A stretch of DNA of 60,409 bases, filler included, from Dugesia japonica (lineage: Eukaryota): assembly GCA_001938525.1 (NCBI GenBank). It is 5 parts of 5 records of this genome, joined end to end, with 100 filler letters (N's around TTAATTAATTAA, not from the genome) between each part and the next. Parts side by side here need not be neighbours in the genome. Positions count along the whole stretch, not along the records: positions 1 to 15,975 come from MQRL01605856.1; 4 more parts are not named here. One strand, 5' to 3'. Below, one piece after another: positions 1-14,490 of the stretch. The number at the start of each line of letters is the position of its first letter. Within the stretch, counting starts at the first letter, position 1. A program made the position numbers and the translations under genes. The notes beneath the pieces were generated by a model, which saw only the letters and a list, made by a program, of their open reading frames with translations, ran no database searches and was not told where the DNA came from.

Positions 1-47
1 ACATACAGAATATTACATAATAGACAAGTCAAAAAACATAACATATC

Positions 48-1612
48 TCAAAATTTATTTGCATTAAAGTACAGCATCATATATTTCTGTAGGTTAATAT
101 CATTGAAGTGTCTTTCTTCGGTCAACACTTTCTGCAGCAAGGAAAAACTTCTTTCTACCAATATCGATGGTCTTGGACAATTTAAAATGTTATTCTTTAA
201 ATCTAGCGAAATGTTGTTTAGATCTTCATCTTTAATATTGAATATGTCTGTTTTAATCATACCAGACATTATATAATTTTCTAAATCTAATTCATCTCCT
301 TCGAATTTCAGATTATATATTAGGTTTAGTACGTCCGTTATACTTTTATTCTCCGTCAAGGAATCATTTATGATTTTTAAAAACGGTGAGTACGTATTAG
401 AACTTCCACCAATTGTTCTTGTAAGCCGTCTCTGTGAAGAGCAGTTTTCATATTACTTACAATTATTCCATCATCAACGATATCATCAACAATATTTCTT
501 ATTTCAGATAAGTTATTGGAATAATAAATTGCGGCACGAAGCCAAGTTCCCCATCTTGTTATAATAGGTTTCGGTAGATTTCCAATACTAGAAAACAGAC
601 GTTGTCTTGAGTAATTCTCCGCATTGATATAAGCAAATTTACACACATAATTATTTTTTATTTTCATTGCACAATTATGTAGTTTGTGCAGGAAACATGT
701 TATATGTTTCATATTCTGATATACATATTTCAAATTTTTCGGAGCTTTCATCATGTAAGGTGCAGCGTCACTAATTAAAACCAAGAAATTGTTCTTCTAA
801 ATATCATATAGCCGGATAGTATCATCTATGACGTTCAACATTACTTTGGCATTTGTAGCCGTATATATCTCTGTAGAATTTACTAGAAAAGTATTTTTCT
901 GGTTTTCCACATCTCCGAATATGATATGAATAAATCGCCTATCTTGTAATTGTGTTTCATCGCAGATAACACACACACACATATATATATTTATTTTTTA
1001 AATTACATTTCAGTTTTTCGGTAAGGATTTAAAACTCTGTACACAATCTTCTTCGTATGCTGTCGGCTGAAGGCATGGTAACTCCAAGATTTTGAAACAT
1101 TTTCATAATACTTTCGTACCGTAATTTATGAATAGGTATATTGGCACCAACAAATCCTTCAAAAATTGCGCATTTTACACTCTTTCTCAAAGGTTATTAA
1201 TTTTTTATGTTTATAATTACCTGCCTTAGATTCGTGCAAACGACTTCCGTTCGCAGTTNACTATAACAGAGCAATACCNACAAATAAGTTCTTCCTTTGA
1301 GTTGATATAANATATATCACTATACATTTGTCTGTACTTCATTCCTTTATTCATTATTGAATTACTTTTGGGCATTGAATTCTTTTTCTAAACTAAAATC
1401 CTAAAACAACTAATGTATTAAAAAAATACTTTTCTTATGTATGTTTAATTTTAAAATTTGTGATTTAATTGTGATTATATAAACAANNNNNNNNNNNNNN
1501 NNNNNNNNNNNGTGCATATGTAATTATATGCATATATATGCATTTATTCTAAAATTTAATGAAATATGCACAAATATGCATTATATGCAAATATGCATTT
1601 TGCGTTGCCCTA
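48..1612 (-). mobile_element. Decayed hAT-superfamily (DUF659-type) DNA transposon
   Basis: Fragmented ORFs 797-982, 377-784 and 48-359 carry, in order, ICDET, LISDAAPYM..K, HITCFLHKLH (CxxH), P.ITRWGTW and S..VERSFS (hAT dimerisation-like C-terminus). Upstream end reads TAGGGCAACGCAAAATGCATATTTGCATAT on the minus strand from 1612, with TGCATAT subterminal repeats. Confidence 0.85.
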
Positions 1613-4020
1613 AATATAATATTTTTTTTGTTTTTATCTATTTCTCATAAACTTAATTTTATCAGAGCATTAATTTATTATAATTCTAATAATATTACCA
1701 CTGTATGTCGATGTTTCTGAATATTATAAGTTGATTGGACTCGTATATGTAATTTGATTGATTTGGCCCGTATTTATGTTGTGATTCATACGACCCGTAT
1801 GTAAATTGTCAATGAATGATGTAATATATTTATCAAAATATTAAAATGTGAAGCCTCTGGATAATATTTTTTTGTAAAATATCTTTATGTATATTCATAA
1901 AAATTTTGATATATTAATATATAAAATAAAATTTAAATATAAAATAAACTAAAATGATTTTTTAGAGATGAGTTCTATAATATTTAAAAATTATTATACC
2001 GATCAATCCAAAAATTTAATGGATTTACACTTGTTGATTGAACGCATCAATGTTTCTATGCCCTATTAAATAAGACTCGAAATTTCATCATCTCTGAGAT
2101 AACAAATGCTATGGAATAAACGATAATTTAAGGTATGATTGTTCTAATTATGATTTAATTCCTAATTGGTTAATTTTTAAGTTTGTTAACTCGATTCTTT
2201 CATGCTTCTTTTTTGCTCCTATTGAATATTTTTATCTGATCTAGTTTGAATAAGTCAATTTTAATTTTCTGAATTTTAATTTTGAATAAATAGTAAATTT
2301 TCCATTACTTTAGTACTCTTTCTCTTATTTTAGTTACTAAATATATTACCATAAACTATATATTACTCGAGTACATGTAAACCTCAAAGACTACCTATGA
2401 GACATTTGATAAATGTAAGTTTTTAATGATTTACTGCTTTACTAAACTTATATCATCTTTGAAACCTTTGCATTACGAGGACATTCTAATTATAATTGAT
2501 AACTACAGAAGTGCCACAGCGATAATTAATAATAAGATATTTAATATTAATTTTTTTCTAAAGATAATGTTCATTTTAGTAAAAAGCGAAAAAACGTATC
2601 TGGTAATTTCTTTATTTGAACAATTTAATGATATTCAAAATTTCTTGTGTATTCCATGCAAATAAAATCAATGCTATTGAGGATGTATTCTGTACGTATA
2701 GACGATTTTCTAAATCCAAATAATTTTAACACGTTTTTAATATTTTAGGATTTGGGGATAAATTATGCCTCATCTAGGTACCTTTCTCTAAATTAAGAAA
2801 ATGGTAAGGCCAGCTTTGATAGTACATGAAGCAAAAACATTTTTCCAAAAAAAATAAATATAATTAAAGTTTATGAATGTTTTTCTTAATTTTAAAGTTT
2901 CTAAATATTTTAATTAATTATGTTTAATTTTTTACATGTTTTCGTGCAATATATATTTTTTATAAATAATTAGTCACTAAAAGATGAATTTAATATTCAT
3001 TTTATATAAATTACAATTAAATAATAATTAATATACATAATAATTCGGAATATTTAAAAAATAGAATTATTTTCTATTGAAATTGAAAAAATAGAATCAA
3101 AAACATTTTAATTGAAAAATTATTTTAAATATTAAGAAATTACGAATATATTAAATGGAAAATTATACGATGAAACATTTTATTTTATATTTCCCTTTGA
3201 AATTATCATTCTGATAGTATCACTTAATGACTTTTATAATACTCATCAGGTAGAATTCAATGTTGATAATAAATAAAAGTAAACAAAATTGGCCTGCGAA
3301 AATTAAACGGAAAATAATTAAACTCAATCAACACAATTTTTATTTATATTTATATCTGTTTCCATAGAACGTTTCTATAAGTAAAAATGATTAAACTATT
3401 TGATAATTATATTACTGCAAATTATTGATCAATCTATTTTAATTTATGAATTATTATATCGTAACAATCCGACTAATACTGTGGAGCAATTTGTAAAAAA
3501 TAGAAATATCGAATAATTATCTCACTTTGTGTGAAGTAGACGTCTTCACTTACAATAATGTAGCATTTTGAAAAAACTGTTACATTTAATAAAGTCTTGA
3601 CAAAATCACTTGAATTCAAAATTTTGAGATGTCTTTGGGATTTTTCAAAGACAAATCAACAAGGGCTTGAGTTGAAATCAATTCATATACTTTTAAAATC
3701 CAATGATATATATCGTGATATGTCTGCCCTATATCTTAATATACTTATTAAAAATATAATGATAATTTTATAAACATACTGTATAGTCGCCTTATTTAAT
3801 CAGAAAGATTTACTTTAAAATTTTTTATTTCGTAATGACAATTTGTACTTAACTATATTACAATATATTATTTTAATCTTAGGATCTGCAACAATAAGTG
3901 CTTTAGATTTTAAAATTTGAAAAAGGTTGACCTACTAAAATTTCGATCACTATTTATACATATTTGTGCATGTGTGTTATTGTACAGAATAAAAAATATT
4001 TACATTGAAAATCATATTAA

Positions 4021-5800
4021 CCCGTTAACGCTCAATTTAATTTTTTTTAAGAATATTAATGCAAAAATCATAAACATGGATTATAAATATTCATAATTAT
4101 CTAAAATACATCAATTTTTTTATATAAATTAGTTTTGTAAATATAAACTGTCCTCATATGAGGACGCTGAATAATTAAATACACAAAAACATTATATATC
4201 GATTTTATTTTTATAATACAAAAATGAATACATTGTACACATAATTAGTAATATATTTTAATATTTGTTTTTAATATTTAGCAAAACATGATATACATAA
4301 AGTTACGTTGCATTTTTCACAATAAAATCGCGGTTTTCCTTTGCATCCTACTAATTGAGACCTGCGTTGGTTTTTCCTTTTCTTCAAAACATGACCATTG
4401 CCATCAAATCTGATGTCATGTGAAATATTGCCTTTTGAAGTAGACGGTAAACTCATTTTTCTTCCATTCAATATCCACTTTCCATGTCCAAGTTTGAAAT
4501 AAGGTACTGCTATATTTCTTCTAAATTTTTTTATGGATGCACTTTGCTATATATTATACAGCTGTTGACAACACACATGTCATCTATTCTTGTAAATAAA
4601 CACCAGTACCATTTCTTTCCTCTAACTGCAATATTGTGGTTTTCTAACAACCAGTCGTGATGATCAACTCCATCCATGTACTTGGTATAATTTGCAATAA
4701 GGGCGAGTTGGTGAATTGATACTTTCTCCATTTTTCCTTTGCTCTACTGAGAAACTGATGCTAGAGGTTCGATTTTATCAAAATTTGTTGCTATTGTAAC
4801 TGCTTTATTGTTCCATCGTATAATTAAAATTTTATCGCTATTTTCAAATCGAAAGTCATAAGCTCCTCTAGAATACTTCTCGATTTCTTTCGAAATTTTT
4901 AGAGTACACTTTTGTGTTCGATTGTCTCTCAGTAACTGTGGCTCTAAATCCCTGCAATTTTAATGATTTCAGAAGTTTATAACTTGTAAAATAATTATCG
5001 AAATAAATATGATAGCTATAGGGATCGTCAATAATTTGTAACATTTTCTGTACCAATCTGGTACCTAGAGGCTCTTTTATTGATTCCTGATCTTTTTCAC
5101 AATACAGAGAGTAGTGATAGCAATAACCGGTTTTCCCACACAACGACTATAGCTTGTAACCAAATCTTATTGGTTGTCCACGATGTGTTTTATTGAATAC
5201 AAGTAAAATGAACATGTATAGCATGATAATAGTTTTATATATTATTTGGTTTTTAATACTTTTTTAAATAATAAAACAAGAAATTATTACCTTATGATTA
5301 TACTTTGTTAGTTTACCCTCATGATTGGATACAATAATATGGATAAATAATATGATGGTCGACTATCTTGGAGGAATAAGATTACACTTGAAATATTTTT
5401 GGGGAAACAGCTCCGAAAAATAGTTAGATGTGTGCGAATAAGATAAATTCAAATTTGATAGGACTAATATCTGGAGCATTAGTCCATGATGTCAATAATA
5501 TCTATCCATCATTTCAGGTTCTGACAAATTTTGTTCAAAAACATCACATCTTTGAAAATTTTTTTTGTTATGTCAAATAAAGGTTTAAGTATAAAAGTCT
5601 TGTCATGTTTATATCCATTAGCATTCGAATTATTTTGAAAATGTAAATGCGATTTTATTTCGAGATAAGCATTTCGACGCAACGCATCTTTTACTAATTC
5701 CACTCCTAGATCTTCACTTTCATTTCAATAATTGCGCCCACTTGGTAATTTATGATACCCAGAGAATATCAAGAATCCTAAGAAAATCTTTTCATATTCT
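4021..5800 (-). mobile_element. Decayed piggyBac transposon (PGBD-type transposase pseudogene)
   Basis: TTAA (4017-4020) is followed directly by a CCC terminus. ORF fragments contain YFDNYFTS, Y..YMDGVD..D, KKWYW.LF and the C-terminal Cys-rich domain (CEKCNVTLCISCF). Many stops and frameshifts, with unrelated sequence at about 5185-5510. Confidence 0.9.
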
Positions 5801-7214
5801 ACAGATAATTATGTTACTATCAGTATTTCATTTATGTTGATTGATTCGCCCTTTGATTTATTCATTAAAAATGAATAAAGTAGAATGAACAACCATAGCA
5901 GCAATTATGATTTTACAAACAAAAGAAAATATTTGTTGTTTCTACTAATTTAATTTAACTTTCACAACTAAACCATCCTGACTATCAGAATTTCGAGGTT
6001 TATTTCGTTCGGCATTATTTCATAAAATCCAATTACACTAAGTAAAATCACCTGACCACCATGGTCTCCGCCGGTTTTAGAAAATAACTAAGTCCATACA
6101 TATCACTTTAGTCTGAGATTGGAAATAAAATACATATCACAATTGCCATCAGAGTCAACACCAAATATTATTATTTTATTCGACAAATCAAAGTTAAATG
6201 GCATCACCCAGGCTCATCAACTCTCACATGATTCTCGTCTCTTCTGTCTAATTCTCCAGGGCTTACTGGCCGTCTATTTTATTAGCGCTCGTTTGTTTTG
6301 TCGCCTCAAGAATTTCCATATAATTTATCTGTTGCTCGATTACACGCAAATTCGCATCCTTTATTGTGAATTGGAGTATTCGCAGTATTAAGTCCCGCTT
6401 TTAAATCAGCTACTTCTAATCTCTCTCTCTCTCTCTCTCTTTCACCAGCATCATTTGGACCTCGGTTCACTTGATGTAATGATTCCCTAATTGTACCCGT
6501 CAATCTTTAGTCGCCCATAATTTTTGAGTTGGACATTTTTCAATATATATAAATGAGTGAGCTTCATACTTTAATTATAATAAATCTCAACGCTACAAAA
6601 TAAAAAAAAATGATTTTACGAGACTTCCGCCTGCGGCCTATTATGGCTGGTTCAACCACTCATGGAGCCGAAACGAGACAAAATATGGACATCACCAATC
6701 TTTTCTCGTTCGAACTCCTACTAAGTTCTCACAAGATTTTCCTTAATCAGAGGTATTTAGATTCTAAATAGTACTTATATTTAGTTAATTATATCGTTGG
6801 TAAAAACATTTTGAACATTAGTGAAAGTAGTTTATTTTTACCATTATTTGTCGACTTCAACATTACGTGAAAATTATTATTAATTACTAAAAGTTAATTA
6901 TGAAGACTCTTTCGATTATTCAAGTCAATAGGTTATTAAAATGAGTAAACAAATTAATCCAAAACTATCAAAATTTTTCGTTCAAACATAAAAGGTTCAA
7001 CTGTTAACACAACATTAATTTATAATTGAATTATTCCTTCATGACAAAATTTAAATGAAATTACAAAATTTAAAGCAAATCAAAGCACTGGAAGTTAACT
7101 CCAGATAACTACACATATATTTAAAAATCAAAAACAAAATTCTTTTAACTATAGTTATATATATAGAAAAAACAAGTACTTAATTTGATAGTCCGGGAGG
7201 AAATTATGAATTTT

Positions 7215-7370
7215 GGTAAGAGTAACTCGAATTTAAACATCAAAGTATCTATTCGATAGGGAATTTTGTTTTGAGTAGGAAAAACATGGTTACAAGTCAT
7301 CAAACCGTTACATAAAAAACAAAGTGAAAATATAAATAGTCACTCAGGAATCGAACCACCATTATTGACC
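7215..7370 (-). repeat. Interspersed repeat with tRNA-like B-box (SINE-like)
   Basis: GAGTAACTC.AATTT..ACATCAAAGTATCTATTCGATAG recurs at about 51231 and, more diverged, at about 51590. CAGGAATCGAACC (7345-7357) is the reverse complement of the B-box GGTTCGATTCC. Confidence 0.5.
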
Positions 7371-9255
7371 ATTATAATTAAGGTCAAATATAGGTTTCAA
7401 AATGAAAAATATGAGTTTTATCTTTTCAATAAAATCCTTCACTAAAATCCTTCATCTTTGCTTGCTCATTGGTTCCCTGCGTGCACCTTAGCAAATCTGC
7501 ATGCACCTTGGTTTTTTATGGGTTTATTTTTCTTTTAAATACATAATATTCTATCAGTAAAGTCAATCATTTTGCTATAACTTATACATCATTATATCCT
7601 TTCCTTATATAAAATATGAGTTTCAATATTGGAGAATAATGGACTTATCATAGAAAAATTATGGCTTATAATAGAAAATACAAATTTTACCATTAGAAAT
7701 TATGAGTTTGGTCATAGAAAATATTTAATAGAGTTAACATCGTCACTAATTATACTACCTTTATTCTATATAAAGTCGATTAATATTCTTAATTTATCTA
7801 CTTTTATTAATTTTCACTTATATGTCAACAATTTCCCCTACTTTAGCCATTTTTCATCATTGACATATTATTTTCCTGATTTACCCATCTTTATCCACAT
7901 TTAGCTATATTTTCTCTTATTTTTCACCATTTTTCATCATTTACCACTATTTAGAGATATTTAGCTTTATTTACCCTATTTAGCCATATTTTATCTATTT
8001 CCTAATTGGTTTTAATGCATATTTTCACTTTATATTTTCATAGACCCCATTTCACTAATCTTTAAAAAATCTTATAAACTAATAAAAGTAGACAACAAGA
8101 CTATGCGAGGCCTAGTATGATATGCTTTTTATTTAAAATAATATAACAATTCCAGTATATTTTAATCGTCTTATTGTCCTGCTTCTTTGCTTGCTCTTGG
8201 TTCTCTGCTTGCTCTTTTTGGTTTTATGGGTTTCATTTTCTTTTTAATACCTAATATTCAAATATATTGTTAAAGAATAATAGTTCAACATAGAAAATAC
8301 TCGATTCATCATTAAAAATATTGATCTCAACATTAAAAATATTAGTTTCAATAAATAAAGTGATGGTCTCATCATTGGAAATATCGGATTTATCATGAAA
8401 ATATGGGTTTAATGGAAAGTAGTGAAAAATATTTTTATTATCCTGAAAATATAGGTATTATCATGAAAATATTGGTTTTAACAGGAAAATATATGTTTTA
8501 TCATAAAAACTTGGGATTTATAATTAATTATAAGATCATTAAACCAGATATATTCAATAAACAAATTGTTGTAAGTAGATACACTACATTATAATTTATT
8601 GATATTTATTACTTAGACCAACATGTTGACAAACAAGTAATACCTATTCAATTATTTCTTAACCAAATTAGGTTTCACTTCATTTTTTAATATGTTTCAT
8701 TGTTTTAAGTTAAAGCAATGATAAGTAAGAACAAGAGTGTGGGGAATCGAATAAGAATGATTACAAGGAAGAGTGAGATAATATTATCAAATTTACTTCA
8801 AGTCAAATAATTTTATCTGAAATTTACATGAAATTTTTAATTGTCATTGAAAAATGACACAAACTTTGAAAAAATTGTTGAAAATTCACTAGAACCTTTT
8901 TAAAACTAGTCAAAATGTCCACAATCTTTTTAATTATCGTTGATAATTTCCATAAACGTTTTAATCATCATTGAAAATTTCCACAAACCTTTCTATAGCT
9001 GGTTTAACTTTACATAAACTTTTCTGTATTAATGACTCTAATACTGACAATTTATTATATACAATCTACCAATTGTTCACTCAATTAATTTTTTCTTTGA
9101 TTGTACTATCGATCAAACTAAAACATTCAGTCAATCATTCACATGTTCCACTTTAATATAATAAAATTCTTTGAAAATATAGGTTCATTTCAACTTATGT
9201 CCATTATTCACCTATTAATACTTAGTATAATATTTGTTATCACAAGGTTTCAGTT

Positions 9256-9610
9256 ATAGTACACAACTCTCGCTATCATCAAGTTTTAACATACCCAATA
9301 CTCTCTATCAGTAAGTATTAACGTACAAAATACTCTCTATCAACAAGTCTTAACATACAAACAGTACAATATTCGCTTTCATTAAGTCTTAATACATAAT
9401 ATTCACTATCAGTAACTCTTAACATATACAATTCTCGCTATAATCAAGTATTAATATACAAACAGTACAATATTCGCTGTCAACAAATCTTAATACATAA
9501 CACTCGCTATCAGCAGCTCTTAACATATACAATACTCGCTATCAATAGAAATTAAAATATATAATTCTCACTATCATCAAGTATTAACATATACAATACT
9601 GGCTATCATC
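9256..9610. repeat. Degenerate ~30-bp tandem repeat
   Basis: About ten diverged units resembling ATACAATACTCGCTATCATCAAGTATTAAC. Confidence 0.85.
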
Positions 9611-10041
9611 ATTTATCTATTGATTATTCAGTTAATGGCTTAATCTATTCATCGTTTATTCTTATATTGAGGTCTATATTTCACACTGAGTATATATAAC
9701 TTGGAACCAAGAATCGCTTAACTATTCCTATATTTCCCTTTTAATTAATATAACTCCTTTGTAAACAGACCCTCTAATAAATTAATTTACCCATTGACTA
9801 TCTGCTTGTAACATTTAAATTTATTCAATCATTAAAATTCTAATCAATTATTCACAATCCTATTATTAACGTTTCAAATTAATTAATTAAATTCTGAAAT
9901 AGAAATTTTATTCAATCAAAGTAAAATAATTAATGCAAAATTTATGAAGTTTTAAAATAATTCAAACAGTAAAAACATTGGTGACTGAAGACTAGTGTAC
10001 AGTGTACAGAGTATTGATGATTGAAATTCAGTGCACAGTGA

Positions 10042-12633
10042 TCAGAGTTTTGATAACTCTCTTTCTTTTTTCATCAAACTGGTAATTATTTCTAAACTTA
10101 TATCAACTAACTCAAGAAAAAAGCTGTCAGTATCGCCAGCTACAATATTAATACTACATTTTTCTTTTCTATACTTCTCGAGCTCAATGTACTGTAGCTG
10201 GTACATTCGTAATTTGCTCAAGTCAAGTAGAGATTGACCAATGTAGCTTGGACAATCTAGGCATACTGAATCCTTATTCATCAAGGCAGCAATCAGGTCT
10301 TCATCAATGTTGATGGATTTCTTGAAGCTAGGTGTTGAAGAATATGTTATAAGCTTCTTGCTAGTATTACATAATCGTAAATCCATCCTTTTCTTTTAAT
10401 TTTCGACAGATTTCCCATACAAACTATTGTTCAATAGCTTGTAATACTTTTTCTCAAGCTCACTATTACATTCTGCTCGTAATGCAGTGTTTGCTTTAAT
10501 ATATTTTCCAAATATACGAGCTTAAGTAAACTTTACTTCTCTATGGACTTTTTAACTTCAACTCCGAATCTTTTGTACATTTATAACAGTTTCCAATGCA
10601 ATACATAATTTTCTTTAGCATAATGAGTTAACATTAGCTTTTTCACTTTACTGCCTGGAGCGCTTCGTTTTTCTGCTGCTACTGGTAGATCCTTAAGATA
10701 ATCTGAATTTCTGGTGGGATTATCATGTCTACCTTCATAGTGTACCCATATGATAATTCATCAAGATACATTGTTCTAATACTAATTCCAGTGCACCATT
10801 ATGTACCCACTCAAAGTCTTTTTAGGGTAATTTTTGACTAAGAGCCTATCCATACAGATTGTTAATGTCAATATATAACAAATCTGTGTTTTCGTTGGTG
10901 AACACATGATGTTTGTTGATAAATGTTATTCCACCTCTTATTCCACCTTCAGAAAAGGTTTACAAATCTTTGTCCATCAACAGTTATATCGGTTCATTTA
11001 ATGACATAATGCTGTAGCCCAACTCATACCTGGTATGCCAAAGAAATTCAATGGCTTTTACTTGTTGTGAGCAATTAATTTAGTTCTGAACTGTTGAAAA
11101 AAATCCGCCAATAAATATATGTCCAGCTTCAAATAGACCATCATATAATCTAGAAGGGTCTTACAATCAGTTATTTTCTACATTTCTAGTGTTTTTTATA
11201 CTCATCATCTGTGATTTCATCCAAGTTTGTAAGTTGATTTGTTAGAAAAGTTATTTACTAACAACATTCCTTCTGAAATTGGCATATGTTTCTGAAAATG
11301 AACACCATCTCCTAAAAGAACTGATTCAAAATCAGCATATATTACGAATTGTGGTGTCAAAGTCCTGGAGAAATCCTTAAACTCCAAGTTTTTCTCTGTT
11401 GGCATAGTATATAGAGTTGTACCGGTTTGAACTTTTTCACAAATTACCACATGTTTATCAAATGCTAATTTATACCTAAATCCGTTTAAGCAATTTGAGC
11501 ACCATTTTGAACAGATTTGTACNNNNNNNNNNNNNNNNNNNNGATTCATTAACCTGTTCAAATCCATTATGGCTGTATAATGGTACTTATTTCCATTTTC
11601 TAACAACAACAAATTAATTTTTTCTCCATCGATCACTTTAGACTTGTGAATAATATCTAAATTTGGATATTTGAAAACATCCTGATCGCCATCTTTTACT
11701 TCATTTGAATTCCATGAAAAGAAAATAATTGCATATCCTGGATTTTTTCGTTCAAATTTTCTTATATTGTCCAGTCTCATATGCATGTCTTATTCACCGA
11801 ACTCTAGCTCAAACATGTATTTTTCATATATTAATGCTCTGTTTCTATGATGTGGATAAACCACATTTTCTTTAATAATTGCTAAAATGATGTAAATAAA
11901 GCATTTATTTTCATTCTTGATATTAACAATGACCATTTTCTTTATCAGATTTGATGGAGTCGGATGTAGCCATGTCCTGATAGTCTACTCATATTTTCAA
12001 TTTTAGTGATTTTGAAATTAACTTCCAAAATCTTTTTCAATAACCAGCTGGAGTCGAGCTCGCTTCTTATAGCAATTTTTTCATTTAATTGCTTTAATCC
12101 ATCTTGGAAAAAATTATCACATGATTGAATGGACCTATTTGATATTCTGCACGTTTTTATTTCTCCATCCCTAATAAATTCACCGTTGATACCAAATTGA
12201 ATTTTTACATCTTTCAATTATTCAATAATCTTTAAAAAGTTGAACAATCAAATTTTCTGTGAGCCTAAGTTGATTCGTGTTCCAACTTGAAATATCAATT
12301 TTTATAATTTGATGGCATCGATATAAATCTCTTTCGATAACAACATCTTAAAATAATATCTGCATTGAGATTTACTGCTCCATCAACTTGCATGTTTTCT
12401 TCAGCATCGTTGAATTTTTTTAAAATAATATCTTCGTCCAATTCATCAATTAAATCAAAATTACTCCAGTCCTCAGATCCAACTTGATTATTTTCTTCCA
12501 CATCGACGAATTCTTTTAAAATAATATCTTCATCATTGAGATCGAAATTATTCCAATCCTCTGATGTAATATCTTGTACACTGTTGATTACATCTCCTCC
12601 TGGTTCATTAATCACTGGTTCTGGTTCCATCAT
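10042..12633 (-). pseudogene. polB: Decayed Polinton/adintovirus-type protein-primed DNA polymerase B
   Basis: Ordered motifs across broken frames: ELDSSW, INIKNENKCF, HY..I.DLNRL, C..CL..F, VIYADFES (ExoI), GIRGG, YIDINNLYG (motif A), KLLNNSLYGK (motif B), AGDTDSFF (motif C). Confidence 0.92.
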
Positions 12634-13544
12634 GATTTCTTTATCATCATCTTCAATTACGGATCATCCCCAATGACAATAAATTCTATCTTAGTTCTCT
12701 TAGTTGCTACATTTATTTCCCTATGAGTCCTATCTAAAATATATTTTAATGTTTGTTTCCTATTTTTCAAAAAACTAGATAAGTGGTCTTTATGAGTCGT
12801 ATAAAAAGTTATATAGTCGCTTAATCCTAAAACCTTACAACCTGGACAAACAGATCACCGAAAAACCATTGGCCATAGTATCCTTCCATGATACTATGGC
12901 AGTCACCATTGTGACTCGCACTGGCGTAATAGTTTTGATACAATTGACCTAAATAATAATAATTCGACTTTAATGATATATTTAATAATAAAATGATAAT
13001 AAAATTTATATATATATATATAGATATATATAAAAAATGTTATATAAAATTTTAATAACTTTATTAATTTTAATAACATTTTCTAAATAAGAATTGAATT
13101 TTCATTAAAAATAAATTGAGAAAATGTAAATTTTCTTCAAAAAATCATATGAAAATATTCTTCATAGATTATTTCATATTTTTCATGGCATATTATAATG
13201 ATAAAAATGATTAAAAATGTTATTTTTAGCTTTAAAGTGTTATTTTAAAATTTAAAATTTAAGTTTTTAAAAATTTATCATTAAAAACATTATTATTAAG
13301 CCTACTTGACCTCTTCCTTCAGCACCATATATTTTCTAAAATAATTAAATGATAATAAATAAAATCAAATTTACTGTTTTCATATTTGAATTAAAACTTT
13401 CCCCGTTTTGTTTATAAGATTTGTTCATATTTATCTAATATAAAAGTTAATAAAAAAAATAATAATATTAAGTTGTCACATATAAAATGTCCGATTACGT
13501 AATAGACAATAAAATCAATAAAAGTCCAATAAAATCAAAATTTA

Positions 13545-14010
13545 TTTAAGAAAAATAGTCCCTATCGGATTCTACACCTTTTTGCAATCTAGAAACTAGT
13601 TTCAAAATACCATTAGCAAAATAATTTCTATCTCTGGAGTCTATGAATTTGGATATGGCCATTTTGACATACTCCCGATCGGCAATGATTTTTTAACCAA
13701 AAAATTATCAAAATGCTTAAAAAAATGATAATCTGTCGGAGATAAGTCGGTCGAATATGGTGGATGTGGCAAAGTTTCAATTTTTAAGTCTATCAACTTT
13801 TGCGACGTCTTCTTTGCCACATGTGATCGCGCATTATCATTCAAGAGGATGATTCCTTTCCTATTGACCAATGAAGGCTGTTTAATGCATAATTTTTTGT
13901 GCATTAATTCAATCTCAGAACAGTATTTGTCTGAATTAATAGTTTGACCTTCTTCTAACAAAGATAAATGTATGACTCTAGCTATAGACCACCAAACTGT
14001 CAGCATTGTC
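13545..14010 (-). mobile_element. mariner transposase fragment (3' half)
   Basis: MLTVWWS, GQTINSDKYC, NDNARSH, LPHPPYSTDLSPTDYHFF (YSPDLAPSD motif). Confidence 0.92.
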
Positions 14011-14490
14011 TTTTTTTAATACATAAATTACTTTATCTCCGATAATTCACTCGATTTTAAAATAAAATTTTATCAATGATAAAATAATTAACTTTTCTTA
14101 ATGTTTTAACAACTATCCAATCGTATGCGAGTATGTATGTATGTGTGTATAAAGCATATTTATGACATGTTAAATGCATGCTTATGTCATGCATTATTTT
14201 GAAATTAATTTTAAATATAAAGATATTACTGTATTAATATTATTGTTTATATAATATTGTTGGGGTTTGTGGTGGAAAAAGCACGTCTGGGGAAAACACA
14301 GCCTTCAGGAGACCCTTTCAAAAATTTAATCTTAAGTCCCTATTTAGATTTTCAGTATGGAGAGTTTGACCTCCAACATTTATTTGAGGTGCACTCACGC
14401 ATACCTTTCGTTTGGGTTCATTATTTTCCCTTATTTGTAATTAATAAATCAATTGAGAATTCACTATTACAAGTATTTATTTAGAATAAT

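Noticed and set aside
1960-3780. Possible host exons (AG/GT-bounded blocks)
   Set aside because: Could not build a stop-free spliced frame or recognise a product.
5990-6750. GC-richer patch with a (CT)n microsatellite and short ORFs, possibly an LTR-element gag/protease remnant
   Set aside because: No reliable motif recovered.
9256-9610. ~30-bp periodic arrays (also 20868-21490 and 24345-24975) as possible CRISPR arrays
   Set aside because: Degenerate head-to-tail units without unique spacers, no cas genes, eukaryotic context.
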